A stretch of 64,000 nucleotides of DNA from Gemmatimonadota bacterium. GTDB taxonomy: Bacteria; Gemmatimonadota; Gemmatimonadetes; Palauibacterales; KS3-K002. The DNA is taken from NCBI GenBank assembly GCA_039586795.1, contig JBDHJS010000006.1, positions 64,001-128,000 of the forward strand, written 5' to 3'. The notes under the pieces were generated by a model, which was not told the origin of the DNA, ran no database searches, and saw nothing but the letters and a program-made list of their open reading frames with translations. Position numbers and translations under genes: made by a program. The stretch's first letter is position 1. The number at the start of each line of letters is the position of its first letter. This document shows positions 1 to 10,835 of the stretch, piece by piece.

Positions 1-1
1 G

Positions 2-259
2 GCGGAGTTCAGCTTCCTCCTCTCGATCCCGGCGATTGTCGGCGCCTCGATCCTCCAGCTGCCAGATATGCTGAGCGGTGCCGAAGGGCTTCATGCTTTG
101 CCGTTGAGCGCCGCGGCTATCTCTGCCTTCCTCACCGGCGTCCTGGCCATCGTGCTCTTCGTTCGTTGGCTACGCATCGGCCAGTTCCACCGATTTGCCT
201 ACTATTGTTGGACGGTGGGCGGAGCATTTATCCTGTACTCCCTGTTCACCACGGCCTAG
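2..259 (+). CDS. uppP: Undecaprenyl-diphosphate phosphatase, C-terminal part (truncated by window start)
   Basis: Frame from nt 2 reads AEFSFLLSIPAIVGA...AFLTGVLAIVLFVRWL...F.RFAYYC, typical UppP/BacA C-terminal motifs. Confidence 0.85.
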   Translation, partial: AEFSFLLSIPAIVGASILQLPDMLSGAEGLHALPLSAAAISAFLTGVLAIVLFVRWLRIGQFHRFAYYCWTVGGAFILYSLFTTA

Positions 260-276
260 CTGGCCACCTTTAGCTT

Positions 277-1119
277 ATGAGCGCGCTCTCGGACGAAATC
301 CGGCGCCGTATCGCCGAGGCCCTGGCCGAAGACGTCGGTCGTGGCGACCGCACCACCGAATGGTGCGTCGACGCCGACGCCTTGGGGAAGGCCGAGATCA
401 TCGCCCGCGCCCACGGAGTCATTTCCGGACAGGCGGTGGCTGCGGAAGTGTTCGATCTGGCCGGTGATGCTGAGTACGAGGCGCTGGTCGAGGACGGGGG
501 TGCGGTGGTGCCGGAGGCTACCGTGGCTCGTGTGAGCGGGACGGCACGGGCGATCCTCACGGGTGAGCGAACGGCCCTCAACTTCCTGGGACGCCTGTCG
601 GGCGTGGCTACGCTGACCCGTCGTTTCGTCGACCTGGTGGCGGGCACCCGAGCGCGAATCACCGACACACGAAAGACAACGCCGCTGTGGCGCGAACTGG
701 AACGGGCGGCGACGCGAGCCGGCGGCGCCGTGAACCACCGCCGCGGGCTGGACGCCATGGTCCTGATCAAGGAGAACCACATCACGGCTGCCGGCGGCAT
801 CGTGCGGGCTGTCGAACGCACGCGAGCCGCGAACCGCGAGGGGTTGGCCGTCGAAGTCGAGACGACGAGTATCGAAGAGGTGAGGGAAGCGCTCACGGCC
901 GACGTCGATCGAATCATGCTCGACAACATGTCGATCGTCGAGATCGGAGAAGCCGTGGCGGAGATCGACGCGCACCCGCGCCGACCGGAGATCGAGGCTT
1001 CCGGCGGCGTCAGTCTCGAGAACGTGCGCCGGCTGGCCGGGGCGGGCGTCGACTACATTTCCGTAGGCGCTTTGACCCACTCAGCGCCGGCTCTCGACCT
1101 ATCGCTGAAGATCCTCTGA
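277..1119 (+). CDS. nadC: Nicotinate-nucleotide diphosphorylase (quinolinate phosphoribosyltransferase)
   Basis: EDVGRGDRT, ERTALNFL, DTRKTTP, NHRRGL, LIKENH, EVE, IMLDNM, EASGG, ISVGALTHS. Confidence 0.96.
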   Translation: MSALSDEIRRRIAEALAEDVGRGDRTTEWCVDADALGKAEIIARAHGVISGQAVAAEVFDLAGDAEYEALVEDGGAVVPEATVARVSGTARAILTGERTALNFLGRLSGVATLTRRFVDLVAGTRARITDTRKTTPLWRELERAATRAGGAVNHRRGLDAMVLIKENHITAAGGIVRAVERTRAANREGLAVEVETTSIEEVREALTADVDRIMLDNMSIVEIGEAVAEIDAHPRRPEIEASGGVSLENVRRLAGAGVDYISVGALTHSAPALDLSLKIL

Positions 1120-1120
1120 T

Positions 1121-1927
1121 ATGAACGACCAACTGCTTGCCATCGACGTCGGTAACACCGAGACCGTGCTCGGGCTGTTTGACGGGAACGCGCTGCTCAA
1201 ACACTGGCGTATCTCTACCGATATTCACCGGACGCCTGACGAGCTCGCGCATCTGCTGAGCCATCTTCTGGCCGATCACGGCATGGAAGGCCCGGTGAAC
1301 GGAATCATCGGTTCCGTTGTGCCTGCCGTCGATCCCATCCTCACCCGCGGCTTTCGCCGCGCTTTCGACCGCACGGCGCGTCTCATCGGCGACCCCAGCC
1401 AGCTCGTGGGGGACGAAGGGCCGCTCCCGATCCGGCTGGAGGTCGACGAGCCTCACACGGTCGGTGCCGACCGCATGCTCAACACGCTGGCGGCGAGCCA
1501 GGTCTACGGCGTAGATGTCATCGCCGTCGACCTCGGCACGGCAACCACCTACGACTGCATCTCGGGTGACGGTGTCTTTCTTGGAGGTGTGATTGCGCCG
1601 GGTCCCCGTTCAGGTATCGAGGGGCTGGCCCAATCGGCCAGCAAGCTGCCCTTCATCGACCTCGTGCCGCCCGATGTCGTGATCGGGCGTCGCACGGATG
1701 TCTGCCTGCGCTCGGGGTGTTTCTACTCTATTGTGGATTCGATCGACGGAATGGTACGGAGGATCAAACTCGAGTGGTCGCGACCTGATGCTCTGGTAGT
1801 GGCTACGGGCGGGTTGGCGGCGTTAATCGCTCCCCACTGCGGGACCGTCGATGTCGTGGAGCCTTATCTCACCCTCTACGGTCTCGAGATCGCCCACCGC
1901 CTGCTCGGCGACCCCGAGAGCCCATGA
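1121..1927 (+). CDS. coaX: Type III pantothenate kinase
   Basis: AIDVGNT, SVVP, GADR, VDLGTATT, GGVIAPG, VATGG motifs. Confidence 0.95.
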   Translation: MNDQLLAIDVGNTETVLGLFDGNALLKHWRISTDIHRTPDELAHLLSHLLADHGMEGPVNGIIGSVVPAVDPILTRGFRRAFDRTARLIGDPSQLVGDEGPLPIRLEVDEPHTVGADRMLNTLAASQVYGVDVIAVDLGTATTYDCISGDGVFLGGVIAPGPRSGIEGLAQSASKLPFIDLVPPDVVIGRRTDVCLRSGCFYSIVDSIDGMVRRIKLEWSRPDALVVATGGLAALIAPHCGTVDVVEPYLTLYGLEIAHRLLGDPESP

Positions 1928-1939
1928 GGTCCGCCTCTA

Positions 1940-2176
1940 CTAGGCAGCCCGGCGCCTGACCTTGGAGCGTATCTTATTCAGCGCTCGATCCGCAGTCTCC
2001 GGACTGATCAGCTTCACGATGAAGTAGACGACCGCCAGGAAAAAGGCGAGCTTGACCAGCGCGACCAGTAGCCCTGTCAGCAAGGTCAGGATAGGCACGA
2101 GCACGGCAGTGGCCACCGCCAGCGCCACGACGCCTCCAACCAGAAGCGCTCCAAGCGTGAACATCCCTCTGAGCAT
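1940..2176 (-). CDS. Small membrane protein (78 aa)
   Basis: GAGGAGG RBS before ATG at 2176; long hydrophobic stretch followed by a basic tail. Confidence 0.75.
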   Translation of the reverse strand: MLRGMFTLGALLVGGVVALAVATAVLVPILTLLTGLLVALVKLAFFLAVVYFIVKLISPETADRALNKIRSKVRRRAA

Positions 2177-2266
2177 CCCGCTCCTCCTCAATTCCGATAT
2201 CGGCTAGACCCCGGTGAGCGCGCCTCTTCCCCGGGCGCACCCTCCCCGCGGCCTCTCACTTCTCTC

Positions 2267-2293
2267 TACGCGGGACGGCCCCTCCGGGTTTCA
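2267..2293 (-). promoter_or_regulatory. ECF (SigW-like) promoter TGAAAC-N17-CGTA
   Basis: Minus strand reads TGAAAC ccggaggggccgtcccg CGTA, about 90 nt upstream of the small membrane protein. Confidence 0.55.
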
Positions 2294-2395
2294 ACCCGGC
2301 AGAATGCCGCCTCACTACCGGCCGGAAATCCAGCCACTCCTGCAGACCCAGCTATCATATCCTGCCAGGTTGACAGGCGCCACCCCTGTTTACAT

Positions 2396-2414
2396 ATGGC
2401 ACACTTCGTGCCAT
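2396..2414. promoter_or_regulatory. Palindrome ATGGCAC-N5-GTGCCAT, sigma54 -24/-12-like on both strands
   Basis: TGGCACACTTCGTGC (+) and TGGCACGAAGTGTGC (-) both fit GG-N10-GC; a TTGACA lies at 2370-2375. Confidence 0.5.
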
Positions 2415-2547
2415 CTTCACAGGCTGACTTGTAGACCATCGTTCCGGAACAGCTAACCTGGCGACACCATGCCCCGCGGGGTTGGGGTGTATCCAGGCAG
2501 CCCGGTACTTGAACAATACTGAAGTTTGAGAAAGGAGGAAAGCGTCC

Positions 2548-2847
2548 ATGAAGTTGCAGCCACTGGCCGATCGTGTGGTCGTTAAGCCGCTGGAGGAGAC
2601 GGAGCAGATGAAGGGCGGCCTCTACATTCCGGATACGGCCAAAGAGAAGCCCCAACAGGGCGAAGTGGTTGCCGTTGGCCCCGGCCGTGTGAGTGATGAG
2701 GGCAAGCGGATCGAGTCCGAGTTGAAGGTCGGCGACCGCGTGATCTATGGGAAGTACAGCGGCACCGAGGTCTCGGTCTCTGACGAGGACTATCTGATCC
2801 TCCGCGAGGCGGACGTCTTGGCCGTCGTAGCAAACGGCAAGAAGTAG
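2548..2847 (+). CDS. groES: Co-chaperonin GroES
   Basis: [49 protein letters not shown]. Confidence 0.98.
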   Translation: MKLQPLADRVVVKPLEETEQMKGGLYIPDTAKEKPQQGEVVAVGPGRVSDEGKRIESELKVGDRVIYGKYSGTEVSVSDEDYLILREADVLAVVANGKK

Positions 2848-2879
2848 GACGCCCGGGTCTTGGCCCGGAGATTTACTGA

Positions 2880-4592
<1,713 letters not shown>

Positions 4593-4620
4593 CCCGTTTG
4601 CTGGGTGGTTGGTGTTTTGG

Positions 4621-4654
4621 CGGGGCCCGACGAGAGTCGGGCCCCGTTGCTTTT
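4621..4654 (+). terminator. Intrinsic terminator of groESL
   Basis: 11-bp stem CGGGGCCCGAC/GTCGGGCCCCG, GAGA loop, followed by TTGCTTTT. Confidence 0.85.
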
Positions 4655-4668
4655 GAGGGTTGGATGAT

Positions 4669-4747
4669 GGGAATCGACAATTTGGATGCCGGGATTTCCA
4701 GAACCGGGGATCCAATTATCGAATCGGATTCAACGATTCCCTCATTC
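4669..4747. repeat. Left arm of 79-nt imperfect inverted repeat flanking the four-helix-bundle gene
   Basis: Matches the reverse complement of 5173-5251 at 60/79 positions ungapped; inner 36 nt match at 33/36. Confidence 0.9.
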
Positions 4748-4770
4748 AACGATTCGCGGAAGTGGAGGCG

Positions 4771-5145
4771 ATGGTGGGCAAGGCGTTCGATTTGGAGGAT
4801 CGGTTGGTCGCGCTGGGCACGGAGGTTTCTAGGATTGCGTTGAGGCTGCCATCTGATCGGTTGGGGAAGCACGTTTCCGACCAGCTCATCAGGTGCGGGA
4901 CGGCGCCCGCCGCCAACTGCGCCGAGGCACGCTCGTGCGAGTCGCGGCGCGACTTCATCCACAAGATGAAGGTCGGCCTCAAGGAACTCAGAGAAACGTT
5001 CGTGTGGCTGAAATACCTGCGGAACCTCGGTATGGGGCCTCGCGAGTCCATTGACGAAGCTCTCGGCGAAACCGACCAACTCATCGCCATCTTCGTCGCC
5101 AGCATCGGCACCGCCCGCCGCAACTCAAAACGGAACGATACCTGA
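4771..5145 (+). CDS. Four helix bundle protein (23S rRNA IVS protein-like family)
   Basis: DLEDRL...DQLIRCGTAPAANCAEA...ESRRDFIHKMKVGLKELRET..WL signature; GGAGG RBS before ATG 4771. Confidence 0.9.
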   Translation: MVGKAFDLEDRLVALGTEVSRIALRLPSDRLGKHVSDQLIRCGTAPAANCAEARSCESRRDFIHKMKVGLKELRETFVWLKYLRNLGMGPRESIDEALGETDQLIAIFVASIGTARRNSKRNDT

Positions 5146-5172
5146 CAAGTACGTTCAGGTTCCGCGACTCCA

Positions 5173-5251
5173 GAATGAGGGACTCGTTGAATCAGCTTCG
5201 ATAATTGGGTTCGCCAATTCGAAATTCCCGATTTCCACAATCTCGATTCCC
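5173..5251. repeat. Right arm of 79-nt imperfect inverted repeat
   Basis: Partner of 4669-4747; contains a 23-mer also present at 12660-12682. Confidence 0.9.
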
Positions 5252-5341
5252 CCCAAGATTTGCCATGCGCCCAGCTAGCTGACTACATTTGATCCCACGA
5301 CCGTGCGTTTTCGCAGCCTCAGACCTCGGACTGTGGTGTAA

Positions 5342-7990
5342 ATGCCCTCGGAAACCTGTATCCACTGTTCCACCCCGCTTCCCGACGGCAGCCAGCTGTG
5401 CGCCCAGTGCGGCACGCCGGTGCCGGGCAGCAGCTACTCGGATATGCCGACCCTCACCCCGCAGGGTCGGGAGATCTTCGAGCGGCTGCAGGAGGCGACC
5501 GAGGGGAAGTACGAGATCTTCCGCGAACTGGGCCGGGGCGGCATGGCCTTCGTTTTCCTTGGCCGTCAGAAGTCTCTCGATCGTCTGGTCGCCATCAAGG
5601 TCTTGCTTCCGATGCTTGCCTACGATCCCGAGCTCGTCGAGCGCTTCATGCGGGAGGCCAAGACCCAGGGCAAGCTCGACCATCCGAACATCATCAACGT
5701 GTTCGAAGTCTATAACGAGAGCGGACTCAGTTTCTTCACCGTGCCCTTCATTCAGGGACAGAGTCTGCGGGGTTACCTGAAGGACAATCTCCAGCCGCCG
5801 ATCCCCAAGATCCGACGCTACATCGCCCAGGCCGCCGATGCCCTCGCCTACGCGCACAGGCGCGGCGTGGTCCACCGGGACATCAAGCCGGACAACATGC
5901 TCATCGACGGCGAGCGGGACCGCATCGTCATCACCGACTTCGGGATCGCCAAGGCGCTGCAGGCGGAGACGACGCTGACCACGCCGGGCGATCTGTTGGG
6001 TACGCCGCAGTACATGTCGCCGGAGCAGGGAGAGGGGCGGCAGGATCTCGATGGACGCGCCGACCAGTATTCCCTCGCCCTGATCGCGTGGGAGATGCTC
6101 GCTGGACGACGGCCCTTCCAGGCCGACAATCTGGCCGAGCTCATGTACCTGCACCGCTTCGAGGAGCCCGACGACATCGACGAGATCCGGCCGGATGCGC
6201 CTCGCAACATGCGAGCCGCGATCAAGCGCTCGATCTCGAAGGATCGGGAAGAGCGGTTCGCCTCGATGATCGAGTTCCAGGAGGCGTTCGAGGCGCCCGA
6301 TGATGTCGTTGTCGAAGCTCCGGCGGCGAAGCAAGAGCCACCGACGGGACTGGACGAAGAGACCATCCGCATCCCCACACCCACCAGTCTGAGGGAAAAG
6401 GTCGCACCTCCCGAGGATGCGGAGGCCACCGAGGCGTGGACGCCGTCCGATGAGAAGATGCCATGGGACCAGACGGCCACTCCGGCGACGCCGGCAGCCG
6501 CAGCGCCCGCAACGGTCGATGAGTCCGACACCGTACTCCTCCAGACGGGCGAGCCCCGCAAGAGATCGCGTATTGGACTGCTCGTCGGCGGGAGCATGGT
6601 TGTCGTCGTTGCCGCTGCCCTCGTGTTCGTCTTCGACCCGTTCCAGATCGGCCAGGAGGCGTTCCGTGGTCCCGTCACGGCGCAGCCCGGGACGGAAACG
6701 CCCCAGGGCACGCAAGACGACAGGGAAGGCGGCGCTGAGGGCGGCGGTCAGGACGATGCCGCGCTGGCCACGGTCGACCCAGCCGGCGGCGGTACGCCCG
6801 AGGGTGGCGAGACGCCGGGCGGGACCGGTGAAGGCGGCGGCGCTCAGACCGGCGGCGCCCAGGTGGGCGATACCCCGACCGACGATACCCCGGTGGATGC
6901 TGGGCAGGGCGAGGTCGAACCGCCGGACGATTCCCGGACGCAGTACGAGGCTGAGCAGGCGCGTAATGCGCGCCGTAGTGCTTCAGACTGGCGGGACGCG
7001 GCGATCACCGCCGGCGCGGCGACGCTTCTGCAGCCGCGGCTCGATTCCCTCGATAGCGTTCTTGCGGAGGCCGATCGGCAGATCGCCGACGGCAACTACG
7101 CGGCGGCGCGCGCCAGCCTGTCCGAGCTGATCCGAGGCTACACCGCGCTAAGAAACGACGCATCCAGCGCATCGGATGCGGCGGACGCGGTGCGCACGGC
7201 CGCCACCCAGGCGCGTCGGTCGGCGCTCGCGCAGCAGTCGAACGTCGTCCAGGCCGGCGGCGAGGTGTTTCTGGCCAGCGAGCTTCAGGCGTTGAACGGT
7301 CGAATGCAGCAAGCGCAAACCGCCCTCGACGATGAGCGTTTCGAGGACGCTAGCGATATGTACACGCAGTTGGCCACCGAACTGGAGGCGCTCGCCTCTC
7401 GGGTGCTCACTGAAGGCGCGGCCTCGGCGCGAGCGGCGCAGCAGGAGATGGAAGGCCAACGCACGGCGGCGAACGACGCGGGCGCCAACGAGTATGTGCC
7501 GGAGGACTTGGCGAACGCCGACGCGATTCGCATCAGCGCGATGACCGCGCAAGGAGAGGAGCGCTACGCCGATGCCGTCACGCTCTTCGCACAGGCGCGG
7601 GACGCCTACACTCAGGTCGCGATCGATGCCGCTGCCGCGGTTCCGGTGCTCAGTGCGGAAGATCAGGTGTCGGCTCTGATCGAGCAGTTCCGTGTTCTGT
7701 TCGAGCAGGAAGAGATCGGTCGCATGGGGTCCGAGCTGTACGGTGGTGAGGTGCCCGAGTCGGATGCCGACCTGATGAACTACATCTTCGGCCTCGCCGA
7801 AGGCATCAGCGCGACATCGACGGTGGAAAGGCTCGAGGTCGAAGGGAACACGGCCACAGCCGATATCCGCCTCGACCTCGATTTTCGCAACCAGCGGACC
7901 GGAAGCAACCAGGACATGGACATGAGGCTACGCCTCGACTTCCAGTCCGCTTCCGACGGTTGGCGCCTGCGAAGCCTTCGCCGGCGCTAG
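5342..7990 (+). CDS. Membrane Ser/Thr protein kinase (Zn ribbon, kinase, TM, three helical repeats, NTF2-like C-terminus)
   Basis: CIHC..CAQC; LGRGGM, VAIK, HRDIKPDN, DFG, GTPQYMSPE; TM IGLLVGGSMVVVVAAALVFVF. Confidence 0.92.
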   Translation: MPSETCIHCSTPLPDGSQLCAQCGTPVPGSSYSDMPTLTPQGREIFERLQEATEGKYEIFRELGRGGMAFVFLGRQKSLDRLVAIKVLLPMLAYDPELVERFMREAKTQGKLDHPNIINVFEVYNESGLSFFTVPFIQGQSLRGYLKDNLQPPIPKIRRYIAQAADALAYAHRRGVVHRDIKPDNMLIDGERDRIVITDFGIAKALQAETTLTTPGDLLGTPQYMSPEQGEGRQDLDGRADQYSLALIAWEMLAGRRPFQADNLAELMYLHRFEEPDDIDEIRPDAPRNMRAAIKRSISKDREERFASMIEFQEAFEAPDDVVVEAPAAKQEPPTGLDEETIRIPTPTSLREKVAPPEDAEATEAWTPSDEKMPWDQTATPATPAAAAPATVDESDTVLLQTGEPRKRSRIGLLVGGSMVVVVAAALVFVFDPFQIGQEAFRGPVTAQPGTETPQGTQDDREGGAEGGGQDDAALATVDPAGGGTPEGGETPGGTGEGGGAQTGGAQVGDTPTDDTPVDAGQGEVEPPDDSRTQYEAEQARNARRSASDWRDAAITAGAATLLQPRLDSLDSVLAEADRQIADGNYAAARASLSELIRGYTALRNDASSASDAADAVRTAATQARRSALAQQSNVVQAGGEVFLASELQALNGRMQQAQTALDDERFEDASDMYTQLATELEALASRVLTEGAASARAAQQEMEGQRTAANDAGANEYVPEDLANADAIRISAMTAQGEERYADAVTLFAQARDAYTQVAIDAAAAVPVLSAEDQVSALIEQFRVLFEQEEIGRMGSELYGGEVPESDADLMNYIFGLAEGISATSTVERLEVEGNTATADIRLDLDFRNQRTGSNQDMDMRLRLDFQSASDGWRLRSLRRR

Positions 7991-8649
7991 GACCCGCCGA
8001 AGAAGTATTCGATTCCTATCGTCAGCTGAATATCGTTCTGAATCCTCGCGTCGCCCACAAGGTCGTCCTCTTTGTAGGACGATATATAGTCCTTGAAGTC
8101 GCCTCTAATGTTGAAGTGCCTGGCCACCGAGTACTTCAGACCCAGACCGATCACTCCGGCGATATCCGTCGGCTTGTCAAACGTTCCGCCGACAGACTCC
8201 AGCGCCGGTTCCATGAAGTCGTCGATCCAGGATCCGCTTCGACTGACCACGCCAACACCGCCGGACAGATACACGGCCAGCGGCTCCAACGGTGGCTTGA
8301 TGAACGCCCAAACCACGTTGAGGCTCCCCATGAACAAGCTGCCGGAGAACGTCGTGTCGATGAAAGCGTTGCCCAGCTGAGCCAGTCGGATTCGCACGTC
8401 GCTGGACACACCGCTGGCCTCCAGCTCGATCCCGATCCGGTCCGAGGGCCACACGGCAATTCGGGCGCCCACCGTACCCCCGATCTTCTGACCGAACCGG
8501 AGGAATACGTCGGTTTCGACCTGGTCGTACAGGTCGTTCGTCGCGTCGTACAGTCCACCGTACAGGCCGAGGGTGAACTGCTGGGCGGCGAGTGCCGACG
8601 GCAACATGAGGAAGAGAGCCGCGAGTACTACGGCACGGAATCGAGGCAT
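7987..8649 (-). CDS. Outer membrane beta-barrel protein (small barrel), paralog 1
   Basis: GGAGG RBS, signal peptide ending ALA-AQQ, amphipathic strands (YLSGGVG, GLGLKY, RGDFKDY, QNDIQLTIGIEYFF). Confidence 0.8.
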   Translation of the reverse strand: MPRFRAVVLAALFLMLPSALAAQQFTLGLYGGLYDATNDLYDQVETDVFLRFGQKIGGTVGARIAVWPSDRIGIELEASGVSSDVRIRLAQLGNAFIDTTFSGSLFMGSLNVVWAFIKPPLEPLAVYLSGGVGVVSRSGSWIDDFMEPALESVGGTFDKPTDIAGVIGLGLKYSVARHFNIRGDFKDYISSYKEDDLVGDARIQNDIQLTIGIEYFFGGS

Positions 8650-8828
8650 AGGAACCTCCGAGCTTGTGGTCAGTGGGCTTTTGGACCGGCCCAAGATAGC
8701 ACCTCCGCGCAGCTACTGGAAAGTGGCAGCCCAAGTAGCTTGTCCTACCTCATTGCCCAAACTAACATTGGCTTATACAGGGGTGCTCTCCCGCGCCGCC
8801 AGGACGGTCGCGCTTCAACCGTTTGTCG

Positions 8829-10829
8829 ATGAACACATGCTCACTATGTGAGACCCAGCTGGCCGAGGACAGTCTCTTCTGTCCGCGGTGCGGCGCGCCT
8901 ACCGGCGGCGAGGACGAGCTCCTCGCCTCCTCGGCATCCGACCCCACCGGCCTGCTTGACCGCGTGCGCGAAGTCACCGATGGCGAGTTCACGATCATCC
9001 GTGAACTCGGTAGGGGTGGCATGGGACGGGTGTACCTCGCGCAGGAGATCGCCCTCGAGCGACGCGTGGCGATGAAGGTTCTACCGCCCACGTTGGCCGA
9101 GCAGCGCGAAGTCGTGGAGCGATTTCAGAGAGAGGCGCGTACCGCCGGCAAGCTCGTCCACCCGAATATCGTCCACGTCTACCAGGTCGTCGAACGCGGC
9201 GGTTTCTTCTTCTTCACCATGCCCTACGTCGCAGGACCGAACCTGCGGCAAGTCCTGCGATCAACGCCTCAGCTGGAGCCGGAGATCGGTGTTCGTTACC
9301 TGCAGGAGGCTGCCGCCGGGCTCGCCTACGCTCACGCCCGCGGTGTGATTCACAGAGACATCAAACCCGAGAACATGCTGATGGAGGGCAGCCGCGACGG
9401 TCGGCTGATGCTCACCGATTTCGGTATCGCCAAAGCGCTGGGCACCGTCACGACGCTGACGCAGCCCGGCGACGTGATGGGCACGCCTTACTACATGTCG
9501 CCCGAGCAGTGCGAGCAGCGTGATTCGATAGATGGCCGCAGTGATCAGTACTCGCTGGGACTCGTAGCCTACGAGATGTTTGCGGGCAAGTTCCCGTTTA
9601 GCGCCGACAGTCTTGCCGGCATCGTCTACAAGCACTTGCACGAGTATCCCGAGTCGCTCGACAAGCTCCGACCGGACGTGCCCCTCGATGTACGCCAGGT
9701 GATCGACAGATCAATCAGGAAAAAGCCGGACGAGCGCTTCGACTCGATGAACGAGATGCTCAAGACCATGGGCGCCCCGACGCCGGCGCTCGACGTTCAG
9801 CCGGCCACGGCGCCGCCCAGAAGCAAGAAACGCAGACTCGCTCTGGCCTTGGGCTCGCTCATCGCCGTGGCTGCCGTCACCGCCATCGGCATCGCCATCT
9901 CCCAGCGCTTCGACGCGTCTGAAGGCCCCGCGAGCTCGCCCGGGTCCGAGATCGAAACGTCCCTAGTCCCCGCTGGAGGCTCGCAAGACGACCCCATCGC
10001 CGTCATCGACTCCACTCCGGTACCCGAGGATCCGACCGCCGCGACTGATGAGCCGCAAGGCGAAACCCAGGTGCAAAGCGAACCAGTAAGTGCTGGGGAT
10101 CAGAGCGGGCAACCGGTCACTCCGGAAGCCGGTGACGAAGATCTGCAGACAGAGCGGCAGCGGGCCGAGTTGGCCCGTGAGTCTGCCAGCATCTTCCGGC
10201 AGTCAGCCATCAACGCCCATGCCGATTCGATATTTCCCGAGCGTCTGGCGATGCTGGACCAGCAGTTGGCCGACGCGGATCGCGCTCTGGAGGCGGGTGA
10301 AGTGGGGTTGGCGATCCTGAGTTTCTCAACTGTCTTGCGGGAGTTCGAGAACCTCGCCGAGTTGGCCCAGCGGCAACTCGACGATGCGGCCGCCAGCGAT
10401 GCGCAGGATGACGACACCACGGCGCCACCGGACAGCGCCAACCAGGATGAAGACGCACCGAACTCCGAGCCCGTGGCGCCTCCCGTACCGCCTGAAGTCG
10501 CGATCCGTGATCTGATCGAGACCTACCGCCTCGCCCTGGAGACCGAGGACACGGAACTACTCACTGCCGACGTTTATCGCGGGCCGATTCCCGAAGAAGA
10601 CGGCCGACTCTTCAGTTTCTGGCTCGATGCTGGCGAGGATTGGCAGATCACGATCACGCTGCGCGGTGACATCGACCTGAGTGACGACTCCGCTGAGGTT
10701 CACGTCCGACAGAACATGAAGTTCAAGCTATCGGCCACACGCGACGATCGTGATCTTAACGTCGACCTGATCATGAGCTTTGCTAATGTGGAAGGGAACT
10801 GGCGTGTAGTAAGGATCGCGCAGCGCTAG
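8829..10829 (+). CDS. Membrane Ser/Thr protein kinase, paralog 2 (Zn ribbon, kinase, TM, one helical repeat, NTF2-like C-terminus)
   Basis: CSLC..CPRC; LGRGGMGRVY, VAMK, HRDIKPEN, DFG, GTPYYMSPE; TM LALALGSLIAVAAVTAIGIAI. Confidence 0.92.
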   Translation: MNTCSLCETQLAEDSLFCPRCGAPTGGEDELLASSASDPTGLLDRVREVTDGEFTIIRELGRGGMGRVYLAQEIALERRVAMKVLPPTLAEQREVVERFQREARTAGKLVHPNIVHVYQVVERGGFFFFTMPYVAGPNLRQVLRSTPQLEPEIGVRYLQEAAAGLAYAHARGVIHRDIKPENMLMEGSRDGRLMLTDFGIAKALGTVTTLTQPGDVMGTPYYMSPEQCEQRDSIDGRSDQYSLGLVAYEMFAGKFPFSADSLAGIVYKHLHEYPESLDKLRPDVPLDVRQVIDRSIRKKPDERFDSMNEMLKTMGAPTPALDVQPATAPPRSKKRRLALALGSLIAVAAVTAIGIAISQRFDASEGPASSPGSEIETSLVPAGGSQDDPIAVIDSTPVPEDPTAATDEPQGETQVQSEPVSAGDQSGQPVTPEAGDEDLQTERQRAELARESASIFRQSAINAHADSIFPERLAMLDQQLADADRALEAGEVGLAILSFSTVLREFENLAELAQRQLDDAAASDAQDDDTTAPPDSANQDEDAPNSEPVAPPVPPEVAIRDLIETYRLALETEDTELLTADVYRGPIPEEDGRLFSFWLDAGEDWQITITLRGDIDLSDDSAEVHVRQNMKFKLSATRDDRDLNVDLIMSFANVEGNWRVVRIAQR

Positions 10830-10835
10830 GCGCGG

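Noticed and set aside
4771..5145. Diversity-generating retroelement (Avd-like fold)
   Set aside because: No reverse transcriptase and no template/variable repeat pair seen in the window
4669..5251. Classical IS element
   Set aside because: The enclosed ORF has no DDE, HUH or recombinase motif, and no clear target-site duplication was seen
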